This document shows positions 1-10,186 of a stretch of DNA of 47,756 nt, piece after piece. The stretch covers positions 1 through 47,756 of the forward strand of contig CAJXOL010000003.1 in assembly GCA_913057675.1 (NCBI GenBank), given 5' to 3'. Numbering within the stretch: the first letter of the stretch is position 1; the number at the start of each line of letters is the position of its first letter. This stretch comes from an uncultured Pseudomonadota bacterium. GTDB taxonomy: Bacteria > Pseudomonadota > Gammaproteobacteria > Burkholderiales > Eutrophovitaceae. Position numbers and translations under genes: made by a program. The notes beneath the pieces are model-generated. The model ran no database searches. It saw nothing but the letters and a program-made list of their open reading frames with translations, and was not told the origin of the DNA.

Positions 1-47
1 CTACACACTGCATATCGTCGGCAGCGTCAGATGTGTATAAGAGACAG
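1..47 (+). other. Illumina Nextera library adapter remnant (end of P5, i5 index, transposase read-1 adapter with mosaic end); not biological
   Basis: CTACAC (1-6) + ACTGCATA (7-14, an S/N506-type i5 index) + TCGTCGGCAGCGTC (15-28) + AGATGTGTATAAGAGACAG (29-47, Tn5 mosaic end). Confidence 0.98.
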
Positions 48-1466
48 CTCTGGTGGAGTTGGGTAAGTTGAAAGAACCCATAGTATTACTGTAATCGAGA
101 GAATCACCGTACCCACCCGAGCTATAAATAAGCGTCCGCGCTCCCATAAACCAATGAGCACATCCCTTACACTAGGCAGTCGGTAAGCTGGCAACTCTAA
201 CAATAATGTTTGCGTGTTAAGAGTGCGTCTAACCCTTTTCATTACAAAAGAGACAACCAATGCACTGATAATGCCAGCCGCATAAAGTGCAAACAGTGTT
301 ATCCCTTGCAAATTAAATATCCCCCAAACAGTTTGATCGGGAATAAAGGCCGCGATTAAAAGGGCATAAACCGGGAGTCTAGCGGAGCACGTCATCAATG
401 GCGCGACTAAAATTGTAGTGATCCGATCACGCGGATCCTGAATCGTTCGAGTCGCAATAATCCCCGGAATGGCACAGGCAAAACTAGACAGCAAGGGAAT
501 AAATGAACGTCCCGACAAACCTGCACCAACCATGAATCGATCTAATAAAAATGCTGCTCTTGGAAGGTAACCCGACTCTTCCAAGATTAAAATAAATAAA
601 AATAGAAATAAAATTTGAGGCAAAAATATTACTACACTTCCGACCCCACCAATTAACCCCTCAACAATAAAAGATCTCAACGGCCCTTCCGGTAAGATTA
701 ATTCAGTAATACGGCCGAATCCGCTGATTCCAGAGTCAATCATCTCCATAAAGGGAGCTGCCCAAGAAAAAACTGCTTGGAACATCAGGAACATGGTCAA
801 GCCCAAAATTAAAAGACCAGCAACCGGGTGAAGAAAAACACGATCCAAGACATCATCAGTTCGAGACGTTCTGCTGGGCATCACCACATGGTTTGAAATA
901 AGTTTTTTTACTTCACCATGATAATCACTCGATTCAGATGGTGATGGTTTAATGTGAGCTAAGTTTCCCTTCATCTCCGAAATTAATCTATCTGCACCGT
1001 TCTTGCGAACAGCAATAGTTTCTACTACCTTAATACCCAATTGCTGAGATAAACCCTCTATATCAATTTTAATCCCGCGCCTCTTCGCTGCGTCAGACAT
1101 ATTTAGCGCCATCACCATCGGAATCCCAAGATCCCTAACTTCTAAAGCAAATCTTAAATGCAATCTAAGGTTTGTCGCATCAACGACACAGACGACAACA
1201 TCAGGACGCCTCTCACCTGAAACGTTTCCAAGGCAGATATCCTTAGTAATAATTTCATCTAAACTCTCTGTATCAAAAGAATATGCACCTGGCAGATCTA
1301 AAATCTCCCACTCTTTATCATCGTCTAAACGCAGCAAACCTGACTTTTTATCGACAGTGACGCCGGGATAATTAGCGACCTTTTGACGACTGCCGGTTAA
1401 CAAATTAAAAAGCGCTGTTTTTCCCGAATTTGGGTTCCCTACTAACGCGACTCTAGTGTTTGTCAT
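48..1466 (-). CDS. feoB: Ferrous iron transporter FeoB, 3'-truncated by the contig end/adapter
   Basis: G1 GNPNSGKT, G2 NYPGVT, G3 DLPG, G4 NMSD; gate/TM motifs LEESGYLPRAAF, FACAIPG, MTCSARLP. The ORF-track C-terminus LSLIHI* is the translated mosaic end. Confidence 0.97.
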
Positions 1467-1481
1467 TGATTTCGGCCTAAT

Positions 1482-1721
1482 CTATTGAACTTCTACACGA
1501 TTTGCTTCGCTAGCGCGAAGCGCGAATCTCGTGAATCCTATTTGAACAAGAAGCGGGTCTTTGCCAATTGGGCCAAAGGTAATCAGTTTCACCTCTTCAC
1601 CCTCAATAAACCCAAGATCACGAAGCCTGCGAGCAATAGCATCATTAGCAGAGTGCTGAATCACACCCAAGATCTTTGCTTCTTGGCCAAGCTTCAAATC
1701 TGAGAGGTATTTTTTGTCCAT
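1482..1721 (-). CDS. feoA: Ferrous iron transport protein FeoA (79 aa, start at MDKKY)
   Basis: RRLRDLGF..G....GPIGKDPLLVQIGFTRFALRASEA SH3-like FeoA signature; directly upstream of feoB. The upstream ATG at 1760 would read through the Fur box. Confidence 0.93.
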   Translation of the reverse strand: MDKKYLSDLKLGQEAKILGVIQHSANDAIARRLRDLGFIEGEEVKLITFGPIGKDPLLVQIGFTRFALRASEANRVEVQ

Positions 1722-1735
1722 AGCGCCTAAACCTA

Positions 1736-1754
1736 AATGAGAATGATTTTCATT
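1736..1754. promoter_or_regulatory. Fur box upstream of feoAB
   Basis: AATGAGAAT-G-ATTTTCATT, a 9-1-9 inverted repeat (one mismatch between arms) close to consensus AATGATAATnATTATCATT, about 15 bp upstream of the feoA start. Confidence 0.88.
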
Positions 1755-1959
1755 ATACATTTTCTGCTACATATCAATCCATTTATCGCTTGTTTACGAG
1801 CGCAGTAGGGTCTCATACAGTATGAATTAACAGGAAATATCTAAGGTTTAAGAGCGACCTAACAGTTACATTTTGTCGCCAATCTCACATTCATGCCATC
1901 GCCAGTCTTATAAATCACTTAAAATTAAGTATCTGAAAAAGTACAAGTCACTGTAAATC

Positions 1960-2610
1960 ATGAAAATCAGAATCATTCCCGTTACTCCTTTTTCGCAAAA
2001 CTGCTCATTACTTATCTGTGAATCGACGCAGAAAGCTGCATTAGTCGACCCCGGTGGGGATATTGAGCGCATCTTTGAAGTGATCAACGAAGAATCAGTA
2101 ACTATAGAAAAAATTCTACTCACTCATGGGCACCTAGATCACTGTGGGGCAAGTAAAGAGATTCAGGATCGGCTCAATATTTTGATTGAAGGGCCGCACA
2201 AAGATGATCAATTTTGGATCGACCAACTCGAAGAACAAAGCAAACAATTTGGATTACCCAATGCCTCTTCATTCATTCCTGATAGGTACTTAAGCGATAA
2301 TGAAATTGTAGAGTTTGGAGCGATTAAATTATTAGTAAAACATTGCCCAGGGCATACACCTGGCCATGTTATTTTCTTTTCTCCTGAAGAAAAAGTTGCG
2401 ATTGTAGGCGATGTAATTTTCAATGGTTCTATTGGACGAACCGACTTTCCAAGAGGGGATTACGACACGCTCATCGAAGCAATCACAACCAAGTTGTGGC
2501 CCTTAGGTAACGATGTCACATTTTATCCTGGACATGGTCCAACTTCGACCTTTGGAAGGGAAAGGCAGAGCAACCCTTATGTGGGAGACCTTGTAACGGG
2601 TATTCATTGA
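1960..2610 (+). CDS. gloC: MBL-fold metallo-hydrolase (YcbL/GloC-like glyoxalase II family)
   Basis: THGHLDH, PGHTPGH, GDVIF, GSIGRTDFP, PGHG motifs; N-terminus IPVTPFSQNCSL. Confidence 0.85.
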   Translation: MKIRIIPVTPFSQNCSLLICESTQKAALVDPGGDIERIFEVINEESVTIEKILLTHGHLDHCGASKEIQDRLNILIEGPHKDDQFWIDQLEEQSKQFGLPNASSFIPDRYLSDNEIVEFGAIKLLVKHCPGHTPGHVIFFSPEEKVAIVGDVIFNGSIGRTDFPRGDYDTLIEAITTKLWPLGNDVTFYPGHGPTSTFGRERQSNPYVGDLVTGIH

Positions 2611-2656
2611 TGGTTAAACTAGTGAACACTTGACTACTTGCGAAGAGAGATTATTG

Positions 2657-3526
2657 ATGGCGCTAACGATCAAACCGATGCATCCGCTATTTGTCGCAGA
2701 AGTTACGGACTTAGACCTTCGCGAACCACTATCGCCAGAAATTCAAGTTCAAATTCAAGACTTAATTGACCAACATGGCATATTGATATTTCGAGACCAA
2801 AATATTTCGGATGAGCAACAAGTAGCATTCAGTCAATATTTTGGGGAAATTGAAATGGCTAATAACAAACATAACATTACAAAACAAGAGAACCGCAGAC
2901 TATCCAACATGTTTGCAGACATCTCCAACCTCAATAAAAATAACGAATTTCATGCAAAGGAATCAAGGCAAAGAATCTTCAATTTAGGAAACAGAATATG
3001 GCATTCTGACAGCGCCTTTCGTCCAAATCCAGCACGATACTCACTATTGTCGGCCAGAGAAATTCCTAGTAAAGGCGGTGATACTCAATATGCAGATATG
3101 CATACGCCATATGAACAACTCAGCCCTAAAATGAAAGAGCTTATTGCGGACCTTCGGTGTGAGCATTCACTGATGTATTCTCGTACTCGGCTTGGTATGG
3201 ACCACTTTACTGATCAAGAAAAAGAAGATTTCAAGCCTGTCATACAACCTTTGGTTCGAACGCATCCCGCGACTAAACGAAAATCTTTATTTCTTGCCTC
3301 ACACGCAGGTCGAATAGTCGACTGGCCGATAACCGAAGCCAAATTACTTCTTGAAGAATTAACTGAGATAGCCACACAAAGGGAATACGTCTATACCCAC
3401 CAATGGAAACGTTACGATCTAGTTATGTGGGACAATCGGCGTACGATGCATAGAGCAACCCGATTTGAAGACACGAAGGAGACGCGAGATATGCGGCGAA
3501 CGACATTAGCTGGTGACCCTGCCTGA
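2657..3526 (+). CDS. TauD/TfdA-family Fe(II)/2-oxoglutarate dioxygenase, TfdA-like subgroup
   Basis: WHSDSAF (HxD), GGDT, PLVRTH, WDNRRTMHR, C-terminal RRTT; N-terminal HPLFVAEV resembles TfdA. ATG at 2657 is preferred over TTG at 2630. Confidence 0.9.
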   Translation: MALTIKPMHPLFVAEVTDLDLREPLSPEIQVQIQDLIDQHGILIFRDQNISDEQQVAFSQYFGEIEMANNKHNITKQENRRLSNMFADISNLNKNNEFHAKESRQRIFNLGNRIWHSDSAFRPNPARYSLLSAREIPSKGGDTQYADMHTPYEQLSPKMKELIADLRCEHSLMYSRTRLGMDHFTDQEKEDFKPVIQPLVRTHPATKRKSLFLASHAGRIVDWPITEAKLLLEELTEIATQREYVYTHQWKRYDLVMWDNRRTMHRATRFEDTKETRDMRRTTLAGDPA

Positions 3527-3607
3527 GATCTGAAAGACAGTATTCGCTCAAAAAGCTAACTTATTTGTGTATTAAACGAAAGATTATGACTCAAATTAAG
3601 ACGACTC

Positions 3608-5218
3608 TCAGCCTGAGTTTCGTAAAAGACGGCGGATAATCTTACCTGTGTTAGTTTTGGGCAAATCAGGCAAAAACTCAATTTCTCTGGGATACTCATG
3701 CTTTGAAAGTCGCCCCTTTACCCAGCCCTTTAACTCTTCTGCTAATTTATTATCCGGAGTATGGCCATCTCGCAACACGATATAGGCCTTAACAATCTCG
3801 GTCCGCGCCTCATCAGGCTGCCCGACAACTGCTGCTAACTGGACAGAGGGGTGCGCAGTCAAACAATCTTCTATAGGGCCAGGTCCGATACGATATCCCG
3901 AACTGGTGATCACATCATCATCACGTCCAACAAATGTAATATAGCCCTCATCATCAAGAGATCCGGTGTCACCTGTAATTAACCAATTACCGATGAATTT
4001 ATCCTTGGTAGCTTGCTCGTTATTCCAGTAGCCAAGAAACATTACAGGGTCGGGCGCAGACACCGCTATCATCCCGACCTCTCCATGAGGTTTTCGACTG
4101 CCATCCTCATCAATAATTGCAACTGAGTGGCCAGGCGCCGCGCGACCAATCGATCCTGGTTTTAATGCATATAGGGATGAGCAGCCACTCACCGTCATAT
4201 TACATTCCGTCTGTCCGTAAAATTCATTAATGAAAATACCTAATGTATTTTGGGACCAATCCTGCAATTCAAACCCCAGCGATTCTCCTCCGCTGGCTAA
4301 CGACCTTAGTTTTAATGCGGTAAAATTTTTTGCCGGAATCGTGCGCATCATTTTCAGAGCAGTTGGAGGCATAAATACATTTGTAATGGAATGTCGAATC
4401 ATCAAGTCAAGCGCTAAATCAGGTTCAAACTTGTCAAAACGCCTCGCGATAACTGGAACACCTATTTGCCACGCAGCAAACAGCACATCAACTAGACCGC
4501 CAATCCAAGCCCAGTCTGCTGGAGACCAAATTAAATCACCTTCTTGACCAAGAAAATCATGCGAAAACTCAACTCCTGGCATATGGCCGATCATCGTGCG
4601 GTGCGGCAGAAGCGCCCCCTTAGGGTCACCCGTTGTTCCTGACGTGTAAATAATCATCGCCGGATCATCTGCCATCGTTCGTACTGATTCGAAAGAGTCG
4701 GAAGCGCGCTGAAGTAATCCGTACAGATCCTCTCCGCCATCACCGACACCATCGACATTGAACACAACCTGAAGGTCTGGCAATTCATCTCGAATTGCAG
4801 CAATAGACTTTATTCCAGCAGAATCGGTAACCACGAACTTTGCCCCCGAATCTCGCAATCGATATCGCAAGGCATCTTGACCGAAAAGTGTAAACAACGG
4901 GACTGCTATTGCACCCGACCGGTAAGCCGCTAAGTGTGTCACAGCGACTTCAGGACGTTGGGGCAATAAAACAGCAATTCGATCAAGGCGATCAAGACCA
5001 AATGCGTTAAACACGTTTGCTAGTTGATTCGACAGACGATGAATGTCTTTAAACGTATATCGTTTTGGGATGCCATCGCCCGTTTCGTACACCAAAGCTG
5101 TACGATCAACTTCCTCAATCCACTTATCACATATATCCCACGCTATGTTGTAACGTTGAGGTATATGCCATTTAAATTGATCAATCAGTATTTGATAAGA
5201 GTCTTCTCTGAGTAACAT
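3608..5218 (-). CDS. Acyl-CoA synthetase (AMP-forming, short/medium chain)
   Basis: YTSGTTGDPKG P-loop, YGQTE, TGD, GRDDDVI, LPKTNTGKI. Confidence 0.92.
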   Translation of the reverse strand: MLLREDSYQILIDQFKWHIPQRYNIAWDICDKWIEEVDRTALVYETGDGIPKRYTFKDIHRLSNQLANVFNAFGLDRLDRIAVLLPQRPEVAVTHLAAYRSGAIAVPLFTLFGQDALRYRLRDSGAKFVVTDSAGIKSIAAIRDELPDLQVVFNVDGVGDGGEDLYGLLQRASDSFESVRTMADDPAMIIYTSGTTGDPKGALLPHRTMIGHMPGVEFSHDFLGQEGDLIWSPADWAWIGGLVDVLFAAWQIGVPVIARRFDKFEPDLALDLMIRHSITNVFMPPTALKMMRTIPAKNFTALKLRSLASGGESLGFELQDWSQNTLGIFINEFYGQTECNMTVSGCSSLYALKPGSIGRAAPGHSVAIIDEDGSRKPHGEVGMIAVSAPDPVMFLGYWNNEQATKDKFIGNWLITGDTGSLDDEGYITFVGRDDDVITSSGYRIGPGPIEDCLTAHPSVQLAAVVGQPDEARTEIVKAYIVLRDGHTPDNKLAEELKGWVKGRLSKHEYPREIEFLPDLPKTNTGKIIRRLLRNSG

Positions 5219-5354
5219 GCTGCATGCCGTCTTTTGCGTTGCCCAAATATTAGCAAAAAATAGGGCGGTAGATGAGCTGTCGTGTGGTCTTTACGATAAG
5301 ACCGAGAGGAAATGTTTTAGGACGAACTTTGAAGAGAGGGTTTTGTAGCAATTT

Positions 5355-5379
5355 TTGACGGGAGACACACTCCCGTCAA
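5355..5379 (-). terminator. Strong hairpin downstream of the csp gene (terminator or 3' stabiliser)
   Basis: TTGACGGGAG-ACACA-CTCCCGTCAA, a perfect 10-bp stem 18 bp after the csp stop; no clean U-tract on the minus strand. Confidence 0.55.
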
Positions 5380-5397
5380 GATGTAACTTTTAAATCA

Positions 5398-5604
5398 CTA
5401 GTCTATCGATTGGATATTTGTTGCTTGGTCGCCTTTAGGGCCACTTGTAACGTCATATGATACTTTTTGATTTTCTTCTAACGTCTTAAAACCATTCGAT
5501 TGAATAGCTGAAAAATGCACAAACAAATCTTTACCGCCATCATCAGGAGTGATAAATCCGAAACCTTTTGAATCGTTGAACCATTTAACTGTACCAGTAC
5601 TCAT
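5398..5604 (-). CDS. cspA: Cold-shock protein, CspA family (68 aa)
   Basis: [18 protein letters not shown] (RNP1), DLFVHFSAI (RNP2), GPKGDQA; AAGGAAAG RBS before the ATG at 5604. The 147-aa track ORF is over-extended. Confidence 0.95.
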   Translation of the reverse strand: MSTGTVKWFNDSKGFGFITPDDGGKDLFVHFSAIQSNGFKTLEENQKVSYDVTSGPKGDQATNIQSID

Positions 5605-5754
5605 TATGTCTTTCCTTGAAAATAAAAAAATAAATGCCAAAACTTCAAGAAGAGACCGTCTTTCACCAAGAATTAAGGATGTTTTCTTAATCAGGCGAAA
5701 AGATAGTACGACATCGTTAAAATATCTACCCCAGCTTGATAATTTTGCACGCGC

Positions 5755-5783
5755 CTTATAACGTATAAAGCCAGTCACGTCAA
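5755..5783 (-). promoter_or_regulatory. Sigma70 promoter for csp
   Basis: Minus-strand TTGACG-N17-TATAAG, giving a leader of about 145 nt, typical of cspA-like mRNAs. Confidence 0.7.
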
Positions 5784-5900
5784 AATAAATCTTAGCCGCC
5801 AAAACCTTTAAACTTGGATGTTTCAGTGGCTTTACAGCCACCTAATCACTAATATAAGACTGCTTATAGTAACAGACGCAACCTAAAGAGGGAAACACGA

Positions 5901-8189
5901 ATGTCAGATGCATTAAAAGCCGCCGCGCTTGAATACCATGAATACCCAAAGCCTGGGAAAATCTCAGTTGTCCCAACAAAAGGATTAACCAATCAACGAG
6001 ACCTGGCGCTTGCGTACTCACCTGGGGTCGCTTACGCGTGCAGCGCGATTGAAGCGGATCCAAGCATGGCTGCTAAGTACACCTCTAGAGCGAACCTGGT
6101 CGGAGTTATTACCAACGGCTCTGCTGTGCTAGGCCTAGGTAACATCGGCCCCCTAGCTGGGAAACCTGTTATGGAAGGCAAAGCTTGTTTATTTAAGAAA
6201 TTTGCAGGTATTGACGTTTTTGATATCGAGTTGGCTGAAACCGACCCAGATAAATTAGTCGATATTATTGCGGCATTAGAGCCCACGCTGGGCGGAATTA
6301 ATCTCGAAGACATTAAGGCTCCAGAATGTTTTTATATCGAGAAAAAACTAAAAGAGAAACTGAGCATTCCCGTCTTTCACGATGATCAGCATGGCACTGC
6401 GATTATCGTAGGTGCCGCGATCATTAATGGTCTGAAGGTGGTAGGGAAAAATTTAGCCGACGTTAGACTTGTGTGTTCAGGAGCAGGTGCGGCGGCTATA
6501 GCATGTCTTAATTTACTCACCACACTAGGTATAAAAAAAGAAAATATCATTGTCTGCGATTCAAAAGGGGTCATCTCTACAAACCGTAGTGGGAAGTTAG
6601 ACGAGAATAAAGCCATCTACGCCAGCGAAACATCTTTTGTATCCGTAGATCAAGCGATGCGAGGTGCTGATATCTTTCTCGGACTGTCAGGGCCAGGCAC
6701 GATCAAAAAAGAGTGGGTCGCCGAAATGGCAGAGAAGCCCTTAATCTTGGCACTCGCAAACCCCACACCGGAAATCATGCCCGAAGAAATCAAATCTGTG
6801 CGCCCTGATGCCGTGATCGCCACGGGACGTTCTGACTACCCTAATCAGGTTAATAACGTCCTATGTTTTCCATTTATTTTCAGAGGTGCTTTGGACGTCG
6901 GAGCAACCAAAATCACTGAAGAAATGAAACTAGCATGCGTTTACGCTATTGCAGAATTAGCACAAGCCGAACGCTCGGACATCGTCGCCACTGCCTATGA
7001 AGGTAAAGAATTAGATTTCGGTCCTGAATATATTATCCCGACACCGTTTGACCCACGACTTATCACCCTAATAGCGCCAGCTGTTGCCCAGGCCGCGATG
7101 GACAGTGGAGTCGCAACAATACCAATTGAAGATATGTCGGTGTACCGAGAAAAAATTTCCAACCTCGTATATCAAACGGGCTTTGTGATGAAACCAGTCT
7201 TTGAGGCTGCAAAAGCCGACCTAAAGAAAGTTATCTACGCAGAAGGTGAGGATGAAAGAGTGTTGCAAGCAGTCCAAGTCCTCACAGATGAGAAACTTTG
7301 TCTTCCAATTCTTATTGGGCGACCCGACGTTATTGAATCAAGAATTAAAAGGGCTGGACTTAGGATCAACGCTGGCCAACATTTTGAGGTCGTTAACCCA
7401 GAAAACGACGAACGCTTCAAAGAAACCTGGCAGGAATACTATCAAATCATGAGAAGAAAAGGCGTATCCCCTGATGACGCCAAAGCGGCCGTCAGAAGCT
7501 CTTCAACACTCATTGGGGCTATGCTTGTACGAAGAGGTGACGCCGACGCACTGATCTGCGGAGCCATCGGGCGCTACAAAGACCACCTAAAGCACGTTAG
7601 CAACGTGATTGGTAAAAAAGAAAATGCATCTATTTTTGCAGCAATGAATTTGTTGCCCATGCAGAATCGAACTCTTTTTATTAGTGATACCTACGTTAAC
7701 CACAACCCATCTACTGACGAAATTGCAGAAATAACCCTCATGGCGGCCGATGAGGTTAAGCGTTTCGGACTAATGCCTAAAGTTGCACTTGTCTCTCACT
7801 CAAATTTTGGGACTGAAGACAATCCGTCAGCAAGCAAAATGAGTGCTGCACTAGACATCATTGAAAAACTAGATCCCAATCTGGAGATCGATGGAGAGAT
7901 GCATGGTGATGCCGCATTAAACGAGATCATTCGACAACGAACGCATCCCGACTCAAAACTAACAGGTGAAGCAAACCTATTGATTATGCCAAGCGTAGAA
8001 GCCGCCAATATTTCATATAATCTTCTGAAGATGGTTAGCGGTGACGGAATAACCGTTGGCCCAATACTATTGGGAGCTAAAAAGGCGGCACACATCGTCA
8101 CCCCAACAGTAACAGTTCGCAGAATTATTAATATGACTGCTCTAGCCGCAGTCGATGCTGCCACTAGAGCAATCGCAGCGGCACAATAG
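5901..8189 (+). CDS. maeB: Malic enzyme with C-terminal phosphotransacetylase-like domain (MaeB), copy 1
   Basis: [53 protein letters not shown]; PTA domain with SHSNFG and [10 protein letters not shown]. Confidence 0.97.
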   Translation: MSDALKAAALEYHEYPKPGKISVVPTKGLTNQRDLALAYSPGVAYACSAIEADPSMAAKYTSRANLVGVITNGSAVLGLGNIGPLAGKPVMEGKACLFKKFAGIDVFDIELAETDPDKLVDIIAALEPTLGGINLEDIKAPECFYIEKKLKEKLSIPVFHDDQHGTAIIVGAAIINGLKVVGKNLADVRLVCSGAGAAAIACLNLLTTLGIKKENIIVCDSKGVISTNRSGKLDENKAIYASETSFVSVDQAMRGADIFLGLSGPGTIKKEWVAEMAEKPLILALANPTPEIMPEEIKSVRPDAVIATGRSDYPNQVNNVLCFPFIFRGALDVGATKITEEMKLACVYAIAELAQAERSDIVATAYEGKELDFGPEYIIPTPFDPRLITLIAPAVAQAAMDSGVATIPIEDMSVYREKISNLVYQTGFVMKPVFEAAKADLKKVIYAEGEDERVLQAVQVLTDEKLCLPILIGRPDVIESRIKRAGLRINAGQHFEVVNPENDERFKETWQEYYQIMRRKGVSPDDAKAAVRSSSTLIGAMLVRRGDADALICGAIGRYKDHLKHVSNVIGKKENASIFAAMNLLPMQNRTLFISDTYVNHNPSTDEIAEITLMAADEVKRFGLMPKVALVSHSNFGTEDNPSASKMSAALDIIEKLDPNLEIDGEMHGDAALNEIIRQRTHPDSKLTGEANLLIMPSVEAANISYNLLKMVSGDGITVGPILLGAKKAAHIVTPTVTVRRIINMTALAAVDAATRAIAAAQ

Positions 8190-8295
8190 ATGATTAAGTT
8201 TATGGAACTTCAATAAAAAAAAGTAATGACGCATTCTTTTCAAGCAAGAACAAACACTCTCGAGGGTTGTCACGCTCAAGAATAAAGGAGAAAGC

Positions 8296-9087
8296 ATGTC
8301 TGACGAAAATTTATTTTCTGGAGAGATGACGGACAAGCAACGTCTATTCCGTGACGAGTATATAAAAGATATTGCCAATTGGTATAACGGCTGGGGGCAT
8401 CTTCTATCAATATACGCACCTGGACTCCTCGTCATTATTTTTTGCATGCGTCATATTGAAAATCCTAATTGGTTAGAAATTTCATTACTAATACCCATCA
8501 TCCTCATTAATAACTTTAACGAATGGTGGCTTCATAAAAATGTAATGCACAGACCAATTAAGGGTTTTGGTGGCGCCCTCATGCCAGTATTTCACCGACA
8601 CACGCATGAGCACCACCAATATTTCACTGCGAAAAGAATGACTTACGATACAACCCGGGAATGGCGCATTGTTTTATTTCCGCCTTATGCCCTGCTAATT
8701 GTCCTTGTCGGAACTATCCCCCCAGCATTCCTCCTAGGTTACTTATGGAGCCCGAATGCTGGGTACATACTGATGCTTTCCACGCCTTTTTATTACTTAA
8801 ACTATGAAACCTTTCACCTATGCTGCCACGTTAAAGAAAACTGGTTCGTTCGGAACTGCCCACTGGTGAATACAATCCGTCGACATCACGCTGCGCACCA
8901 CAGTCAACATATTATGACGGCTAGAAACATGAATTTGACCTACCCAATAGCCGATTGGTATATGGGTACCAGCGACCTTGATCGAGGCTTATTAGGACAC
9001 ATGTTTAACGGATACAATCAACGTTATATCAAGAGCCAATTTCAATCCGAACAAGGTGATGAAATTAAACAAACCGCCTTTAAATAA
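8296..9087 (+). CDS. Fatty acid hydroxylase/sterol desaturase superfamily membrane di-iron enzyme
   Basis: Histidine boxes HKNVMH, HTHEHH, HLCCH, HHAAHH with hydrophobic segments; AAGGAG RBS. Confidence 0.85.
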   Translation: MSDENLFSGEMTDKQRLFRDEYIKDIANWYNGWGHLLSIYAPGLLVIIFCMRHIENPNWLEISLLIPIILINNFNEWWLHKNVMHRPIKGFGGALMPVFHRHTHEHHQYFTAKRMTYDTTREWRIVLFPPYALLIVLVGTIPPAFLLGYLWSPNAGYILMLSTPFYYLNYETFHLCCHVKENWFVRNCPLVNTIRRHHAAHHSQHIMTARNMNLTYPIADWYMGTSDLDRGLLGHMFNGYNQRYIKSQFQSEQGDEIKQTAFK

Positions 9088-9116
9088 GCGACAATAATCT
9101 TAAATAATTAAGAATC

Positions 9117-10076
9117 ATGGGTGCAGCGTTACCAACAATTAGGCAACTCAGATATTTAACTGTGTTATCAGAAACACTAAATTTCCGTCGAGCTGCAGAG
9201 CAATTATTTGTCACACAATCCACTCTTTCAGCGGGCATCAAAGAGTTAGAGATCACCCTCGGCGCAACTCTTCTCGAGCGAACTAAGCGTGCAGTTAAAC
9301 TAACAAAAATAGGCTCTGAAATACTACATAGAGCAAAATCAATACTCACCGAAGTGGATGACTTGAGCAGCTTCGCCGAGCGTTTACAAAAACCTCTTAG
9401 TGGAACATTAAAATTAGGAGTCATCCCCACCATTGCTCCTTTTCTGCTACCCATCGTGATTCCCAAATTAAAAGCAGACTATCCGGCATTGAAGCTTTAT
9501 CTAAGAGAGGATTATTCTCTGCGCCTTTTAGATCAAATTAAATCGGGCGAACTTGATTTTGCAATCATTGCTTTACCCTTCAAGACAGAAGATCTCATTA
9601 TCAACACGCTGTTTAAAGATGAGTTTTGGTGGGTCGCAAAAAAAGGACAAGCGCTTGCAAAACTTAAAGAAATCTCGATAAAGGATGTAAACCTTAGTGA
9701 ACTACTTTTGCTCGAGGAGGGACATTGCCTCAGAGATCACGCGATCGAGGCGTGTGGCACTAAAGCAGCTAACTCACTTGATGAGTCATTTGCAGCAACC
9801 AGTCTTTATACCCTCCTCCAAATGGTAGATAATGATTTGGGGTGCACACTACTCCCAGAAATGGTACTCAAGTCTGGGGCATTACTAGGTACGGAACTTG
9901 TAGCGAGACCTTTTTCAGATAAGCCTCCTTATCGAGAAATTGCGCTACTCAAAAGAAAGACTGACAATAGAATGGCCGATTTTGACTTGCTATCGGCACT
10001 AATTGTTTCTGTTAAAAAAATCCATTCTCCTAAACTCGGAGCTTCGCGTACAAAACGGGCTGCGACTAAACGCTAA
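9117..10076 (+). CDS. oxyR: OxyR-type LysR regulator (H2O2 sensor)
   Basis: LysR HTH (FRRAAEQLFVTQSTLS), GVIPTIAPFLLP, redox Cys pair EEGHCLRDHAIEAC (C-X8-C), FAATSLYTLLQMV. Confidence 0.88.
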   Translation: MGAALPTIRQLRYLTVLSETLNFRRAAEQLFVTQSTLSAGIKELEITLGATLLERTKRAVKLTKIGSEILHRAKSILTEVDDLSSFAERLQKPLSGTLKLGVIPTIAPFLLPIVIPKLKADYPALKLYLREDYSLRLLDQIKSGELDFAIIALPFKTEDLIINTLFKDEFWWVAKKGQALAKLKEISIKDVNLSELLLLEEGHCLRDHAIEACGTKAANSLDESFAATSLYTLLQMVDNDLGCTLLPEMVLKSGALLGTELVARPFSDKPPYREIALLKRKTDNRMADFDLLSALIVSVKKIHSPKLGASRTKRAATKR

Positions 10077-10186
10077 CGCTATTCTCTTACTGCTGGGGTC
10101 CTCAGTACGAAATAATGAACCTAGACAGAAATGATTTTATTGTTGAGCCACAGACTTATTAAAAAACTTTTCAGAAGAATATAAAC

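Noticed and set aside
29-47. Tn5/IS50 end suggesting a transposon
   Set aside because: It is the synthetic mosaic end, flanked by the Illumina adapter and index; no transposase is present.
1764-1777. FNR-like site upstream of feoA (CTGCT-N4-ATCAA)
   Set aside because: Only one half-site matches; the other has two mismatches.
5286-5303. GGTCTT-N6-AAGACC hairpin as an sRNA or riboswitch element
   Set aside because: A 6-bp stem alone, with no recognisable RNA family features.
5605-5841. 79-aa N-terminal extension of the Csp ORF
   Set aside because: It spans the promoter and leader; the RBS and family start are at 5604.
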